Below are positions 51,698 through 64,000 of a stretch of 64,000 nt of DNA, piece after piece (the stretch's first letter is position 1; the number at the start of each line of letters is the position of its first letter). Under the pieces are notes generated by a model, which ran no database searches, was not told the DNA's origin, and saw only the letters and a program-made list of their open reading frames with translations. The position numbers and the translations under genes were made by a program. Origin of the DNA: Octopus bimaculoides (lineage: Eukaryota); the NCBI RefSeq assembly GCF_001194135.2, contig NC_068992.1:17867834-17931833 (forward strand), written 5' to 3'.

Positions 51698-52724
51698 AAC
51701 TGTCTGTTTATCTGCTTTACATTATTTACTATATAAACTTCTAAACGACTTGAGTAATTTTTCTCTCTATATGATATTCTTTGTTTTTTTTACGATTTAA
51801 CTAAAAATTGAAAGGGAATTACTGCCATCTAAGAAAGAAGTAAATAATTTGTAAAACTGATTATTTCTTAAGAGAATTAGATGTCTAATCGAAATGAAAT
51901 GACTTTAAGTGCGAATCGAAACCGTACCGCTAATTCTAATCTCTTGCATATGTTGTAGACATAAATTGCAGATTATAAGCCTATGATTTTCAAAGGCAGT
52001 TGTAACTTTATAATAATGTCGATTAAGAAACGCCATTGTTTAGTGGCAGATTTTATAAAAGAGAGATATTGTATGGAATAACTAAGTCGCCATCATCCCT
52101 GATAGAATTTTTCGATTTCCCTGCAAATTGCCTATAATAAAGATGTGTCAATATGTGCTTGACCCCAGCTGAATATTGTCCACGTGTCTCATTTCTCATT
52201 TCAAAGAAACTTTTGTTAAGGAGAGAGAATAATCAATTACGTATTAGCAGTATAGAATTGGAGAAAGTGTGTTTATGTTAATATTTTTTTTTCTGTCTTT
52301 TTTCATCTTACCAATATGATGCTAATTTATATCAATTCAATTGTAAAATGTTACAAATTTTTTGATACAGTTAGACAAGGAAGTTTTCTTTCTTTTTAAA
52401 TCATAATTAAATGAATAAAATAGAATGATATAAAATAAAATAATAGAAAAACAACTTAGTTAAGGTTTTTAGATTTCATTATATAATTGTTCGTTTCTGA
52501 AGTCTATTTTCTCTAATTTCGGATAGCCGTGAGATCAAGTACATGAAATCGTATTTTTCTTTTGAAAAGAATTCTTAGTCTTCGTCTGTGTCACCAAATG
52601 TCGTCAGTAATCAAAGTTGAGCACATCAAACACTTTCGTAAAGCCAATCACATTTATTTAATGAAATACGAATTGTATTTACGTCTCTTCCTGCAGCACT
52701 TCAATTCTGTTATGTCGAATTTCT

Positions 52725-52811
52725 TTTATTCCTGCGAGCCAGGGCTTCTAAAGTAAAGTTTTTGTTACTCTCATCATTCATAATAAGCTTTGATGCCCAC
52801 TCTCATATATT
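52725..52811 (+). repeat. 87-bp direct duplication, copy 1 (copy 2 at 56918-57004)
   Basis: 3 mismatches in 87 bp. Confidence 0.9.
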
Positions 52812-53459
52812 ATTGTATTTAAATTTATATATAAATTTAGTGATTCTTTTGGCACTAATCAGGCAATTTCAGACAAGGCTGTGGTTGACTGGGAAGCGTA
52901 ATAAGACCAAAAGAGGCCCGGAGTTATCGCCCATACATGAAAAAATATATTAGTCGTTGAGCTTATTGTTTTCTTCTCACTTCAGAAGTACTATCAATTA
53001 AATTAATTCTTTTCTTTTTCTGAGTATGACGACCATAACTTCACTATTATTTCACTGTTGATGGCGTCTTAGATAAATTTACTTCTGGTATAAATGCTAA
53101 CCGACGTAATGTATTGTACATCGGTATTCTAATTAGAAGTACTTATACATACTAATTAAATACAGTTTGACAATCTAGGGAGACAATTTCGAGCATATGT
53201 TAATCATATTAGACTTCGTTTACATACTTGTCGAAATATCGATCAGTAAATAGCGGTTAAATATTCCACACGAATATGCGATTAAAAGAGATGACGAGGT
53301 AATGGTAGGATATAGAGTTGAAATATTCCCCTATAAATGTTATCGACGTATGGGAATCCAAATGGCTTGAAGTGTGTTAGCTGCATTTTATAACGTAGGG
53401 GTTTTGTAATTAATGATTTGCTTCCTGTTACCAGCATTTATGTTGCAGCTTGTATATGT

Positions 53460-53805
53460 ACATCATATTATCATCAATCGTCAAGATCCCTGGAGTAATG
53501 CAGCTAGGCGTTGGGATGTCCCACTAGATGCTTTCGTAGTCAACCGTCGCCATTAGTCTCTTTTCTCCGTCAGCAATAGCAGGGTCGCTGTGTTGTGACT
53601 TTTCCAGTCCTTGATGTTGTCAAACCAGGAGTTTCTCTGCCTGTTTCACTTTCGCCATCCCTCAACTGTGCTCTGCAGAATGGTTATGGTCAAGGTGCTG
53701 TAGCGGGATGTATGACCATATCAGGCAAGCTTTCTTAATTTTACCTGCTCAAATAGTGGTTCCCATCTGGCAGCGTAATTGTTGGCTTGCTGCCTGACAA
53801 AGCTC
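53460..53805 (-). mobile_element. RTE-clade LINE 3' end (decayed RT C-terminus, GAT-rich tail)
   Basis: QVKLRKLA*YGHTSR..LTITILQSTVEGWRK*NRQRNSWFDNIKDW fits VKRRKLxWYGHVxR..KTILQGTVEGxRxRGRQRKxWxDNIKEW. Confidence 0.88.
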
Positions 53806-54140
53806 ATCTTTACCTTTCATTCTATAGGGGTCGATTAAGTAACAATTGAGCAGTCGGATCGATGTAAGCAACTTAACTATTTCTCCGAAATTGCTGGCCT
53901 TGTGTCAAAAGTTATAATCAATTAAAGAGAAGTGAAGCGGTGAGCTGGAGGAGTCTTTAGCAGAAGATGCTTAGTGACATTTCGTCCGTTTCACGTTCTG
54001 AGTTCAAATTTCATCGAAGTCAACTTTGCCTTTCATTCTTTCGGAATCGATGAAATAAGTACCAGTTGTACACTGGTCTCAATGCAATCCACTGACCCTC
54101 TTTCCCGAAGATACTTGCCTTCTGCCAAAATTCGAAGCCA
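53806..54140 (+). mobile_element. Tandem SINE family B (3' fragment 53806-53915 plus full copy 53932-54140)
   Basis: tttcattctataggggtcgat; gcggtgagctgg...gagttcaaattt...gtcaactttgcctttcatt. Confidence 0.8.
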
Positions 54141-54972
54141 ATATTTTAAAGAGAATATAACCAATCAAAGTAACTACGAATCCTATGCGGCACAGTTATT
54201 CGTAATCTGTCCTGGCAACCTCAATTCGATAACATAGCAAAACTGCGTACCAAAATGCTTCCTTCTTTAATAACAGAACCCAGCTGAAGCGAAACCCACA
54301 ATAAAATACAAAGTGTTTAAAGTGTTACCTTGGGGGAAGCGTGGTTATATTAGTATTTACATTTCTTATATTTTCTAATTTTCGAATAATTCTTTCACTT
54401 TGAGACAGCTTTGCTGTTACGCGTAAAAGTGTACGAGAGGTTGTTAACCAAAAGAAAACCACCTAACAAATTACTGAGTACTTCTGTACCAAACTCGATT
54501 CCGAACTGTAGCTAAAACAATCTGTGTTTTCATTTTGCCCCTTTCAGAGCTACACTAGCGTCCTCCATTCTTGAGGAGAATATATCTGCAAATCTCCAAC
54601 ACTAAATCCCACTCGCTACACTCACCTCTTCGTCTCATCACTCAGACTGCGTCACTCCGAACACTTTCAATTAGCATTACACCAAACGTTCCATCTCGGG
54701 TATAGAATCACTGAAATTCCCTGTTTGCTCTCGGGTTTTTCTACAGTAGCAGACTAGCAGATGTCCGATAGAAATAACATCTGCTTTAATCTCAAAATTT
54801 CCGTGAGGTCTACAATCGACACGTGCTCTGAATAATACTGTAAATAAAAAGAAACGAGAAAATGTTCGAACAAGTACTGTGAATTTGATAAGTCTTTTCT
54901 TGATATCATGCAATGGGTATTTGCCATGGAGAAGTCCTGTCTGTGTTTTAATGGTTGTCTCACAATGATGTG

Positions 54973-55372
54973 TGGAGGCACAATGGCCCAGTGGTTAGGG
55001 CAGCGGACTCGCAGTCATAGGATCGCGGTTTCGATTCCCAGACCGGGCGTTGTGAGTGTTTATTGAGCGAAAACACCTAAAGCTCCACGACGCTCCGGCA
55101 GGGGATGGTGGCGAACCCTGCTGTACTCTTTCACCACAACTTTCTCTCACTCTTACTTCCTGTTTCTGTTGAGCCTGTAATTCAAAGGGTCAGCCTTGTC
55201 ACACTGTGTCATGCTGAATATCCCCGAGAACTACGTTAAGGGTACACGTGTCTGTGGAGTGCTCAGCCACTTGCACGTTAATTTCACGAGCAGGCTGTTC
55301 CGTTGATCTGATCAACTGGAACCCTCGACGTCGTAAGCGACGGAGTGCCAACAACAACAACAACAACAACAT
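54973..55372 (+). mobile_element. SINE family A, full length, (AAC)n tail, 8-bp TSD
   Basis: TSD aatgatgt at 54964-54971 and 55373-55380. Confidence 0.92.
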
Positions 55373-56430
55373 AATGATGTAAAATATCTAATATGAATAT
55401 TGGTACTCACCTATGCTTGTTCCAGAATTTTAGAAGATGTGGGTACTTGCTCATACTTGTCCATGCACGTTTCGGAATCTTCAAGATCATGGGTCCTCGC
55501 CCATGCTTGTTACGGAGTTTTGCTTGGACGTGGTTACTCGCCCTTATTTGTGCCAGTCATAGTTACTTGCGTTTAAAATATCTCCCATAATTAAGAGACA
55601 TCCTGCACTTCATTAAAATGGAGTTTTCAATGTTAATTCGTATAACTCCAATCACATTCGTTGAAATAATCAGAAAAGCAGACTTAGTTCATAAGAGCAG
55701 AGTTCATTGAATGAAAGAAGAAGAAAAAAACATATCTGAACAACTGTAAAATCTTTTAAAGTGTAAAGCAGAATGAAATCTAATGATGTCTGCTGATGCT
55801 CCTACTATTAATTACTGTGTGTTAGTGTCTGGCTTTTCACATAATTACATCAGAGAAGAATGACATCGTGTGGTCGTAACTTTGGATTCTCAAGCAGCTG
55901 TCATTGCACACAAACTTACACACGTACGTACATGCACACACATGCATTTATGCTATGTGTGTGTATATATGTATATATACATACATATATATTCATATAC
56001 ATATATATTTGAACACACACACATACACACATATATACATACACATACATATAAGCATGTGTGTATATGGTATATGTATATATGCATCCACACATATATA
56101 CATGCATATATACATACGGATTGACCAACTCATTAAAGCGTTGGATAGAAAATCTTGTGGTCTCTGTTCCATGGAACTGAATTTGTTAGTTCGAATCCTA
56201 TCAACATTACGTAGCGGTTACGAAAGCATACAGCTAGTAAAACTCGACTTCAATAGATTTCCACAAGTCAAGGACGTTGCGTTACATTCCAAGAGCACAT
56301 TATTACTAATAACTGATAAAGACAAATTGACAGTGGCTCAATAGTATAGCGTAGAGGAATACTGGTCACATGTGTCTCATGACAAAAGAAACGACCTAAA
56401 CTGTATTTGAAGTATTTCAACATAAAATGG

Positions 56431-56738
56431 TATCCTATGACAACAGACCAACGAGGAGGGTCCCAGCTGATACGATCGTGAAATTAATGTGCAAGTGGTT
56501 GAGCATTCTGCAGACACGTGTACCCATAACGCAGTTTTCAGGGAGATTCAGCGTAGCACAGAGTGTGACAACGCTGGCCCTTTCAAGTACTGATACTACT
56601 CATTTTTGCCAGCTGAGTGGACTGGAGCAACGTGAAAATAAAGTGCCTTGCTCAATGACACAATGCGTCGCCGGGAATTGAACTAACGACCTTATGATCG
56701 TGAGCCAAATGCCCTAACCATTAAGCCACGCGCCTTCA
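56431..56738 (-). mobile_element. SINE with CORE-like centre and family-A 3' domain (A-prime)
   Basis: Minus strand: tggcttaatgg A-box, agttcaattcc B-box, tgtgtcattgagcaaggcactt CORE-like, then aaagggccagcgttgtcacac...gggtacacgtgtctg shared with family A. Confidence 0.8.
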
Positions 56739-56917
56739 CAACTTAATGTTCATACACATTGCATTTCGCACAAACAATTCTCTCGAACCTCAAACCGGGA
56801 TAGATATATGTATTGGTTATATATGAACACGTGACTTATAATTATGCCAAATACTTCTGATTTTACGACACCTTTAGCTGATTTGTTGGCTTTCTACACT
56901 CTGCTTCATTTATTTCC

Positions 56918-57004
56918 TTTATTCCTGCGAGCCAGGGCTTCTAAAGTAGAGTTTTTGTTACTCTCATCATGAATAATAAGCTTTGATGCCCACTCTCATA
57001 TATT
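56918..57004 (+). repeat. 87-bp direct duplication, copy 2
   Basis: Matches 52725-52811. Confidence 0.9.
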
Positions 57005-57211
57005 AGATCTTCAACATGGGAAAGGAAGAGTGCATCTGTTGTTCTTTATAGATACAAGATCTTCAACATGGGAAATTAAGGGAGCGTTTGTTGTTCTTTA
57101 TAGATACAAGATCTCCTACATAGGAAATAAAGAGCGTGTCCGCTGTTCTTTATAGATGCAAGATCTCCTACATGGGAAATAAAGGTTGCGTCTGCTGTTC
57201 TTTATAGATGC
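57005..57211. repeat. 52-bp minisatellite x4
   Basis: agatct...catgggaaa...gttctttatagat units start at 57005, 57057, 57109 and 57161. Confidence 0.92.
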
Positions 57212-57214
57212 TAC

Positions 57215-57565
57215 GTCATCTGCATGGTGTGGGAAATATTCCCTCACCATTGCTCAAATGATATAGGCGTCACCGTTAAGATACAGCCAAGTCTTGGGCT
57301 CCTTGATATCCGCCCGCAACATACACCACACACGCATCTCATAACGACAATACGGCAGAATTATCTCCCCTCAATTGGCCCCGTTCTAGTTAATGTTACA
57401 CCAAAACACATCAAAGCAGAAACAAACCCCCATGCAATTCAAGAAGCCTTTGGACAAATTCCTTCAAGAAATTCGAGACAAACTTACTACACTCAGACAT
57501 GTCTCAATAAACAGTAACTCTCTACTTCAGTGGCCCCTGATTTGAATGACTTCGCCAGGTGGTGC
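57215..57565 (+). mobile_element. CR1/L2-superfamily LINE 3' end, 5'-truncated
   Basis: MVWEIFPHHCSND...RQNYLPSIGPVLVNVTPKHIK, frameshift, FKKPLDKFLQEIRDK...NSNSLLQW fits GPxLFNxLPxxIR..FKxxLDKFLxxIPD..NSLxxW. Confidence 0.75.
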
Positions 57566-59970
57566 TATATATATATATATATATATATATNNNNNNNNNN
57601 NNNNNNNNNNNNNNNNNNNNNNNNNNNNNNNNNNNNNNNNNNNNNNNNNNNNNNNNNNNNNNNNNNNNNNNNNNNNNNNNNNNNNNNNNNNNNNNNNNNN
57701 NNNNNNNNNNNNNNNNNNNNNNNNNNNNNNNNNNNNNNNNNNNNNNNNNNNNNNNNNNNNNNNNNNNNNNNNNNNNNNNNNNNNNNNNNNNNNNNNNNNN
57801 NNNNNNNNNNNNNNNNNNNNNNNNNNNNNNNNNNNNNNNNNNNNNNNNNNNNNNNNNNNNNNNNNNNNNNNNNNNNNNNNNNNNNNNNNNNNNNNNNNNN
57901 NNNNNNNNNNNNNNNNNNNNNNNNNNNNNNNNNNNNNNNNNNNNNNNNNNNNNNNNNNNNNNNNNNNNNNNNNNNNNNNNNNNNNNNNNNNNNNNNNNNN
58001 NNNNNNNNNNNNNNNNNNNNNNNNNNNNNNNNNNNNNNNNNNNNNNNNNNNNNNNNNNNNNNNNNNNNNNNNNNNNNNNNNNNNNNNNNNNNNNNNNNNN
58101 NNNNNNNNNNNNNNNNNNNNNNNNNNNNNNNNNNNNNNNNNNNNNNNNNNNNNNNNNNNNNNNNNNNNNNNNNNNNNNNNNNNNNNNNNNNNNNNNNNNN
58201 NNNNNNNNNNNNNNNNNNNNNNNNNNNNNNNNNNNNNNNNNNNNNNNNNNNNNNNNNNNNNNNNNNNNNNNNNNNNNNNNNNNNNNNNNNNNNNNNNNNN
58301 NNNNNNNATAAATAATATATATATATACGTCTACATATACATATATATCTACATATACATATATAGCTACATATATATGCATAAGACAGGAAAGAAAAGA
58401 ATACTAAAGTGAAGGACTCCGATTAATGTTAATAGTTTTATCCATCCTCTAATCATGGATTTAGTTTAACCATCTAAATAAAAAAAATATTTATCTGAAG
58501 TTTATCTCGTATTAGCTGACATTGGTGTATAGATCTGATCAAATAGTTTTGTCGTATAAAAGATCAATTTCCTCGATTGATGAAGATATAACCATCTTTT
58601 GTATGTTCTTAGCCTTCTTTTCATTGAATATAACGTATCCTTGCAGTAGCGAGAGAATAATAAATAAAAATGTTAAAAAAACTACAGAACACGAAAGATA
58701 ATCCGTTTCATTCGTTTAATATTTGCAATATAATCACATTAACATTGTTCACTATAACGATATCGGCGATGCTGATGATAATGATGAAAATATCGAAGGC
58801 TATGATGACGATGAGATGGCCGTGGAGAACACCATAGAGCGGACAAGAACGTCGAAGATAAGGGATGTTGCTAATAACAACCACGATGAAAGCAAAAACA
58901 ATGATAACGATGATGATAATGATAGTGATGATGAGGATGATGATGAAGATGATGATGATGGTGACATAATCGCATATGCATCTATTTCCAGAGATACATG
59001 ATATTTACCATTAATGAGTATATAATCGGACGGACAATTGATCCTATTAACTCAGTCTTCAGCGTTATCTCCCCTTTCATTTAATTGCAAGCTGCTATGG
59101 CCATAAAACGTTTATCGTTGATCAATGTTACTGATCCAAATATAGGATACGCTTTCTCCTCACCACTCATACGTATNNNNNNNNNNNNNNNNNNNNNNNN
59201 NNNNNNNNNNNNNNNNNNNNNNNNNNNNNNNNNNNNNNNNNNNNNNNNNNNNNNNNNNNNNNNNNNNNNNNNNNNNNNNNNNNNNNNNNNNNNNNNNNNN
59301 NNNNNNNNNNNNNNNNNNNNNNNNNNNNNNNNNNNNNNNNNNNNNNNNNNNNNNNNNNNNNNNNNNNNNNNNNNNNNNNNNNNNNNNNNNNNNNNNNNNN
59401 NNNNNNNNNNNNNNNNNNNNNNNNNNNNNNNNNNNNNNNNNNNNNNNNNNNNNNNNNNNNNNNNNNNNNNNNNNNNNNNNNNNNNNNNNNNNNNNNNNNN
59501 NNNNNNNNNNNNNNNNNNNNNNNNNNNNNNNNNNNNNNNNNNNNNNNNNNNNNNNNNNNNNNNNNNNNNNNNNNNNNNNNNNNNNNNNNNNNNNNNNNNN
59601 NNNNNNNNNNNNNNNNNNNNNNNNNNNNNNNNNNNNNNNNNNNNNNNNNNNNNNNNNNNNNNNNNNNNNNNNNNNNNNNNNNNNNNNNNNNNNNNNNNNN
59701 NNNNNNNNNNNNNNNNNNNNNNNNNNNNNNNNNNNNNNNNNNNNNNNNNNNNNNNNNNNNNNNNNNNNNNNNNNNNNNNNNNNNNNNNNNNNNNNNNNNN
59801 NNNNNNNNNNNNNNNNNNNNNNNNNNNNNNNNNNNNNNNNNNNNNNNNNNNNNNNNNNNNNNNNNNNNNNNNNNNNNNNNNNNNNNNNNNNNNNNNNNNN
59901 NNNNNNNNNNNNNNNNNTATATATATATATATATACTACTACTACTACTACTACTACAAGTAGTAGTAGT

Positions 59971-60474
59971 CTGACAATTTACTAGTAAGAGATTATAAAA
60001 CGTTTCGTCTTCAATAATTCGCTCATAGCAATATATTTTTTCTACTCTAGGCACAAGGCCCAAAAGTTTGGGGGAGGAGGCCAGTCAATTCGATTGAACC
60101 CAGTATACAACTGATACTTAATTTATCGACCTCGAAAGGATGAAAGGTAAGGTCGACCTCGGCGGAATTTGATCTCAGAACGTATAGACAGACGAAATAC
60201 CACTAAGCAATTCACCCGGCGTGCTAAAGTTTCTTATTTCTTTACTGTCCACGAGGGGTTACACACAGAGAGGACAAATAAGGTGAGACAAACGGATTAA
60301 GTCGATTATATAGACCCCAGTTCGTAACTGGTATTTATTTAATCGACCCCAAAAAGATGAAAGGCAAAGTCGCCCTCGGCGGAATTTGAACTTGGAGCGT
60401 AGCAGCAGACCAAATACCGCTAATCATTTCGCCCAGTGAGCTAACGTTTCTGCCAACTCGCCACCCTACTACTT

Positions 60475-60513
<39 letters not shown>

Positions 60514-60599
60514 TTACTACTCTACTACTACTGACAATGTACTAGTACGTGATTATAAAACGTTTCGTCTTTAATAGTACGCTCATAGCAATATATTTT
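59971..60599. repeat. 69-bp imperfect direct repeats (59971-60039, 60531-60599) bracketing a SINE-B dimer
   Basis: 6 mismatches in 69 bp; each copy is preceded by a TAC-type repeat. Confidence 0.85.
60040..60466 (-). mobile_element. SINE family B dimer; second unit (60236-60466) has a different tail
   Basis: Both have gatgaaagg.aa.gtcg.cctcggcggaatttga; tails ggccttgtgcctagagtag versus gtgtgtaacccctcgtggacagtaaa. Confidence 0.85.
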
Positions 60600-61589
60600 A
60601 ACAATATATATCATATAATAGAATTATAGCAATCATTATGTTAGCAATTGAGCTAAATAATACGTGTCAACGAAACAATACTCTTACTAATTATGTAGTT
60701 AACTACAAGTCTGAATTGTGTATATTAAACACGATTGATTGCTCACATATACGCCAATATGTACATACTTCGTCACTGCAAAGAAAACTGTATCCATTGT
60801 TCAGAGATAACTCTAGTTCACTAATATGTGACTTGGACTGATCGAACAATGTGTCGTTCGTATCTCATCTCCTGTTGGTATAATATAATTTGAATTCCAC
60901 TGGTATTTCCCAAAACACACACACACACACANNNNNNNNNNNNNNNNNNNNNNNNNNNNNNNNNNNNNNNNNNNNNNNNNNNNNNNNNNNNNNNNNNNNN
61001 NNNNNNNNNNNNNNNNNNNNNNNNNNNNNNNNNNNNNNNNNNNNNNNNNNNNNNNNNNNNNNNNNNNNNNNNNNNNNNNNNNNNNNNNNNNNNNNNNNNN
61101 NNNNNNNNNNNNNNNNNNNNNNNNNNNNNNNNNNNNNNNNNNNNNNNNNNNNNNNNNNNNNNNNNNNNNNNNNNNNNNNNNNNNNNNNNNNNNNNNNNNN
61201 NNNNNNNNNNNNNNNNNNNNNNNNNNNNNNNNNNNNNNNNNNNNNNNNNNNNNNNNNNNNNNNNNNNNNNNNNNNNNNNNNNNNNNNNNNNNNNNNNNNN
61301 NNNNNNNNNNNNNNNNNNNNNNNNNNNNNATACTATATATTATTTACTATTTATTGTGAAATATAACGTGTCTTGAATGGCACAGGAATGAAGAGTGGAC
61401 TGTAATAACTGTTATAATTCAATTATTCATAGTCTGATAGGATATAATATTTCCGAATATAAAAATTCCTTCTTCAGATATTGCTAGGAATTGATTGAGC
61501 CACTGTTATAATCGGTTTTCCAACGGTTACAATACTCTCCTATTACTATCTAGCAACATCTGATGTATGTATGTATGGGAAGGCTTTTC

Positions 61590-61745
61590 ACAGAGTTTCT
61601 GTCTACCAATTTCCATTGCTAGGCTTTGATGGGAAGAGCTCTAGATTAGACGACACCTGCTCAAGTTACCGCACAGTGGGACCGAACCCAAAATCGTGTG
61701 GTTGCAAAGGAGGCTTCTTAATCGTACAGCCATGCATACGTCATG
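61590..61745 (-). mobile_element. SINE family C, degenerate
   Basis: tttctgtctaccaa...cgcacagtgggaccgaaccc...gtggttgc. Confidence 0.65.
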
Positions 61746-62321
61746 TCTCTGACCATGTCTACGTATCACTGCAAAATATAAGATAGGAAATATTAACATT
61801 CACATCCGTATATGTGACATCGTATCGATGAAGCCGGCTTTACTAAACAATTACACACACAGTAGTTGACGAAATGTTATATAAAACAGCTCAAACAGTG
61901 CAATGCAGTTATGTCGTGAGAAAGAAGAGATGATAAGCGTTTAAATATGGATATCTATCTTTCACTAGTTAACTCATATTTCTCCGATGTAGGTTTCTGC
62001 TCTAAACCTCACGTTTCTATTTCGTTTCATGTCATAAAAATATATTCTATTGTTTGAAGTGTTAGTATCATATTTGCTGATGCGGACTACAAAGGCTTTT
62101 GTAGTATACTACTGTGTTCCTATAAAACTTATATAGCACACTGTTTATGTCTTACCTCTAACGATATATTTAGGTTGTAATAACTGAAAACGTTGTGTTT
62201 ACTAGTTCTTTCTCTATAGAAATATATCACTAAACATAATGTTTAGTTCTCTATTTTACATGTATCTGTTTTTTTGTTTTTTTTTTACCGGTTTTTACTT
62301 GGGAATATTTCAGTAACAGCA

Positions 62322-62512
62322 AGGAAGCGATGTAGTAGAATCGTTAACTCCCCGGGAAAAAATTCTTAGCGGTGTTTCTTCCGACTATTCGTTTTTGACT
62401 TTCATTCTTTCAGGGTCGATAAAATAAGTAGCAGTTGAACACTGGGGTCGATGTAATCGACATATCCCCTTCTCTGAAAATGCTAGCCTTGTGCCAAAAT
62501 TTGAAATCAATA
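62322..62512 (+). mobile_element. SINE family B, degenerate
   Basis: cttagcggtgtttcttccg...ttgactttcattctttcagggtcgataaaataagta...gccttgtgccaaaatttgaa. Confidence 0.75.
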
Positions 62513-62642
62513 TTTCTGTAATCGCAATATAATAGCCTATGTCTTGAGGGTGTGCTACAGGCATTTGTGAATATATTTGATAATTTAATAAAACAAGTCA
62601 AATCTAGCAAAAGCCAAATGTATTTTAATAGACATTTGCATT

Positions 62643-63005
62643 TTCGATAAACTTTCAAACTTGCCTTCAAGCATCAATGTGACACCGGAAATTTTGACAA
62701 AATTGTTATTTTTCATTTCGGAAATCAACTGGAAAAAGGACGCCTTTATCGAAAGTGTGGTATTGTGAGGATGTTGATTAGTTTCCCTTTCTGTAATGCT
62801 TCAAATGCAGTTGACCAAATCAGGTTAGAGGACGAATGTTTGGTATTACATAATAGTAAATATTATCTGATATTTCCTTTTGGGTTAAGTAGACTTTGTG
62901 AGAAGGTACTGAATCTTGTTGAATCACATATGGCCTTTTACCACGAATTCCCTCCGTCCAGAATTTAAGAACAGTCTTGAGTACCTCAACGTATCCAGCA
63001 GCTTT
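62643..63005 (-). pseudogene. Tc1/mariner DDE/D transposase C-terminal fragment (maT/DD37D-like)
   Basis: AAGYVEVLKTVLKFW..GKRPYVIQQDSVPSHK..TQ..., then ERETNQHPHNT and FRCHIDA...KFIE; fits GRPYVFQQDSAPSH..TQxW..ERxxNxxPHNT..FRxRIEA..FIE. Confidence 0.8.
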
Positions 63006-63085
63006 AATTCTAGAACGTAACAACGGGCGAAATACCGCTAAGCATTTCGTCCAGCGTGCTAACGTTTCTGCCAGCCTGCCGCCTT
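63006..63085 (-). mobile_element. SINE family B head abutting the transposase remnant
   Basis: gaaataccgctaagcatttcgtccagcgtgctaacgtttctgccagc. Confidence 0.8.
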
Positions 63086-64000
63086 CCAGCAATAAAGAAT
63101 AAGCTAGCAATAAGAATAAAATGTTACCTTGGTAATATTTTACCAGTAATACTTGCTCATATATTCCCTGTTCATCTACTTGATTGGATATTCCTTGGTC
63201 AGTCATATTTTTCTTTTTTTCCAAAGACTTCTTCAGATATCTCGCCTCTCCAGTTATCTCGCTTATCATGGTTGAAAATAAAAGAAAGTAATAGAAAACA
63301 TAATAAGAACGCTAGAGTAAATAGCTATATATTCCACAGCTTCGTGTTATAGGAATCGAATAATGCTGTCAGGATCGTGTCTATTTTCATTCTGAATTTT
63401 TTTTCCTTTTCCTTTGCCGCTCTGTAGGAGTAAGAGCGTTAAGAGAAATGACTGGGTTAAAGATATTGCCAGTATATTACTTTAGTTGTCATTCATTACA
63501 AGAAAAATAAGCAACCCGCCGTGCCACATATGTTCACCGTCGGATTTCCGGCCCTCACATTTATATAAAAACCGGCAATCGATACGTTTCAACGTCCATC
63601 TGGCTTCTTTCTTCTTTCTTCTCTCTTGATTTGCATAGACATTCATACATACATACATACGTACGTACATACATACATAAATACATACATACATACACAT
63701 ATACACGCACACATACATACATAGAAACATAGATACGTACATACACACACATTAAACACACACAAGACGCTCATATATATAGGTATATATATGTATAAAT
63801 TTCTCTCTCTATAAATATATACATATATATATGTATATACCTATTATACATATGTTATATAATATATACGTGTATACATATATTGTATAACATATATATT
63901 ATATATATATGTGTGTGTATAGGTTTGAGTGTGTGTTGGTGGGTGTATGTATATATATATATGTATAAATTTCTCCCTGTCTGTCTATGTCTCTCTCTTT

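Larger units (their letters stand above)
2069..61329. other. 20 assembly gaps (N runs, 10-823 nt), mostly bordered by microsatellites
   Basis: N runs e.g. 4127-4462, 6522-7002, 14704-15526, 57591-58308, 59177-59917. Confidence 0.98.

Noticed and set aside
55430-55590. TTGAAGA-TTCC-GAAACGTG hammerhead-like string, and a possible CR1-type remnant
   Set aside because: Core begins with U, no stem II; protein similarity too weak to call
57005-57211. CRISPR-like periodicity
   Set aside because: Whole 52-bp units are homologous (no unique spacers), eukaryotic context, no cas genes
58723-59001. Acidic 92-aa ORF
   Set aside because: Decayed (GAT)n repeat
59995-60035. Minus-strand CTATGAG...GAAACGTT
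   Set aside because: Core missing G5; stems I and II do not pair
1526-63761. Most ORFs in the track (poly YI/CV/HT/LSIY and X-filled)
   Set aside because: Translations of microsatellites or N gaps

Overview
AT-rich, gapped (about 6 kb of N in 20 runs), microsatellite-dense animal genomic DNA. The repeat landscape looks like a coleoid cephalopod, probably an Octopus draft assembly; this is inferred from remembered repeat families, not from a search. I find no intact protein-coding gene: almost every ORF in the track is a translation of (TA)n/(CA)n/(TATC)n repeats or N-gaps. The window is intronic or intergenic. It holds several tRNA-headed SINE families (my labels A-E), decayed Penelope-like (GIY-YIG), RTE, CR1/L2-type and Tc1/mariner fragments, pogo-type MITEs, a 129-bp foldback, a tRNA-Ala 3' half and one well-signalled orphan exon. 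The most interesting signal not shown by the ORF track is a set of seven hammerhead-ribozyme-like motifs (CUGANGA...GAAAC) with loop-less or 1-nt-loop stem III where it can be assigned. They sit in Penelope termini and in short elements, several of which end in (TA)n tracts. One is nearly intact (14623-14696, minus) and one lies downstream of a tRNA-type A/B-box head inside a Penelope terminus. All structures were folded by eye. SINE boundaries without TSDs are approximate (about +/-20 bp).
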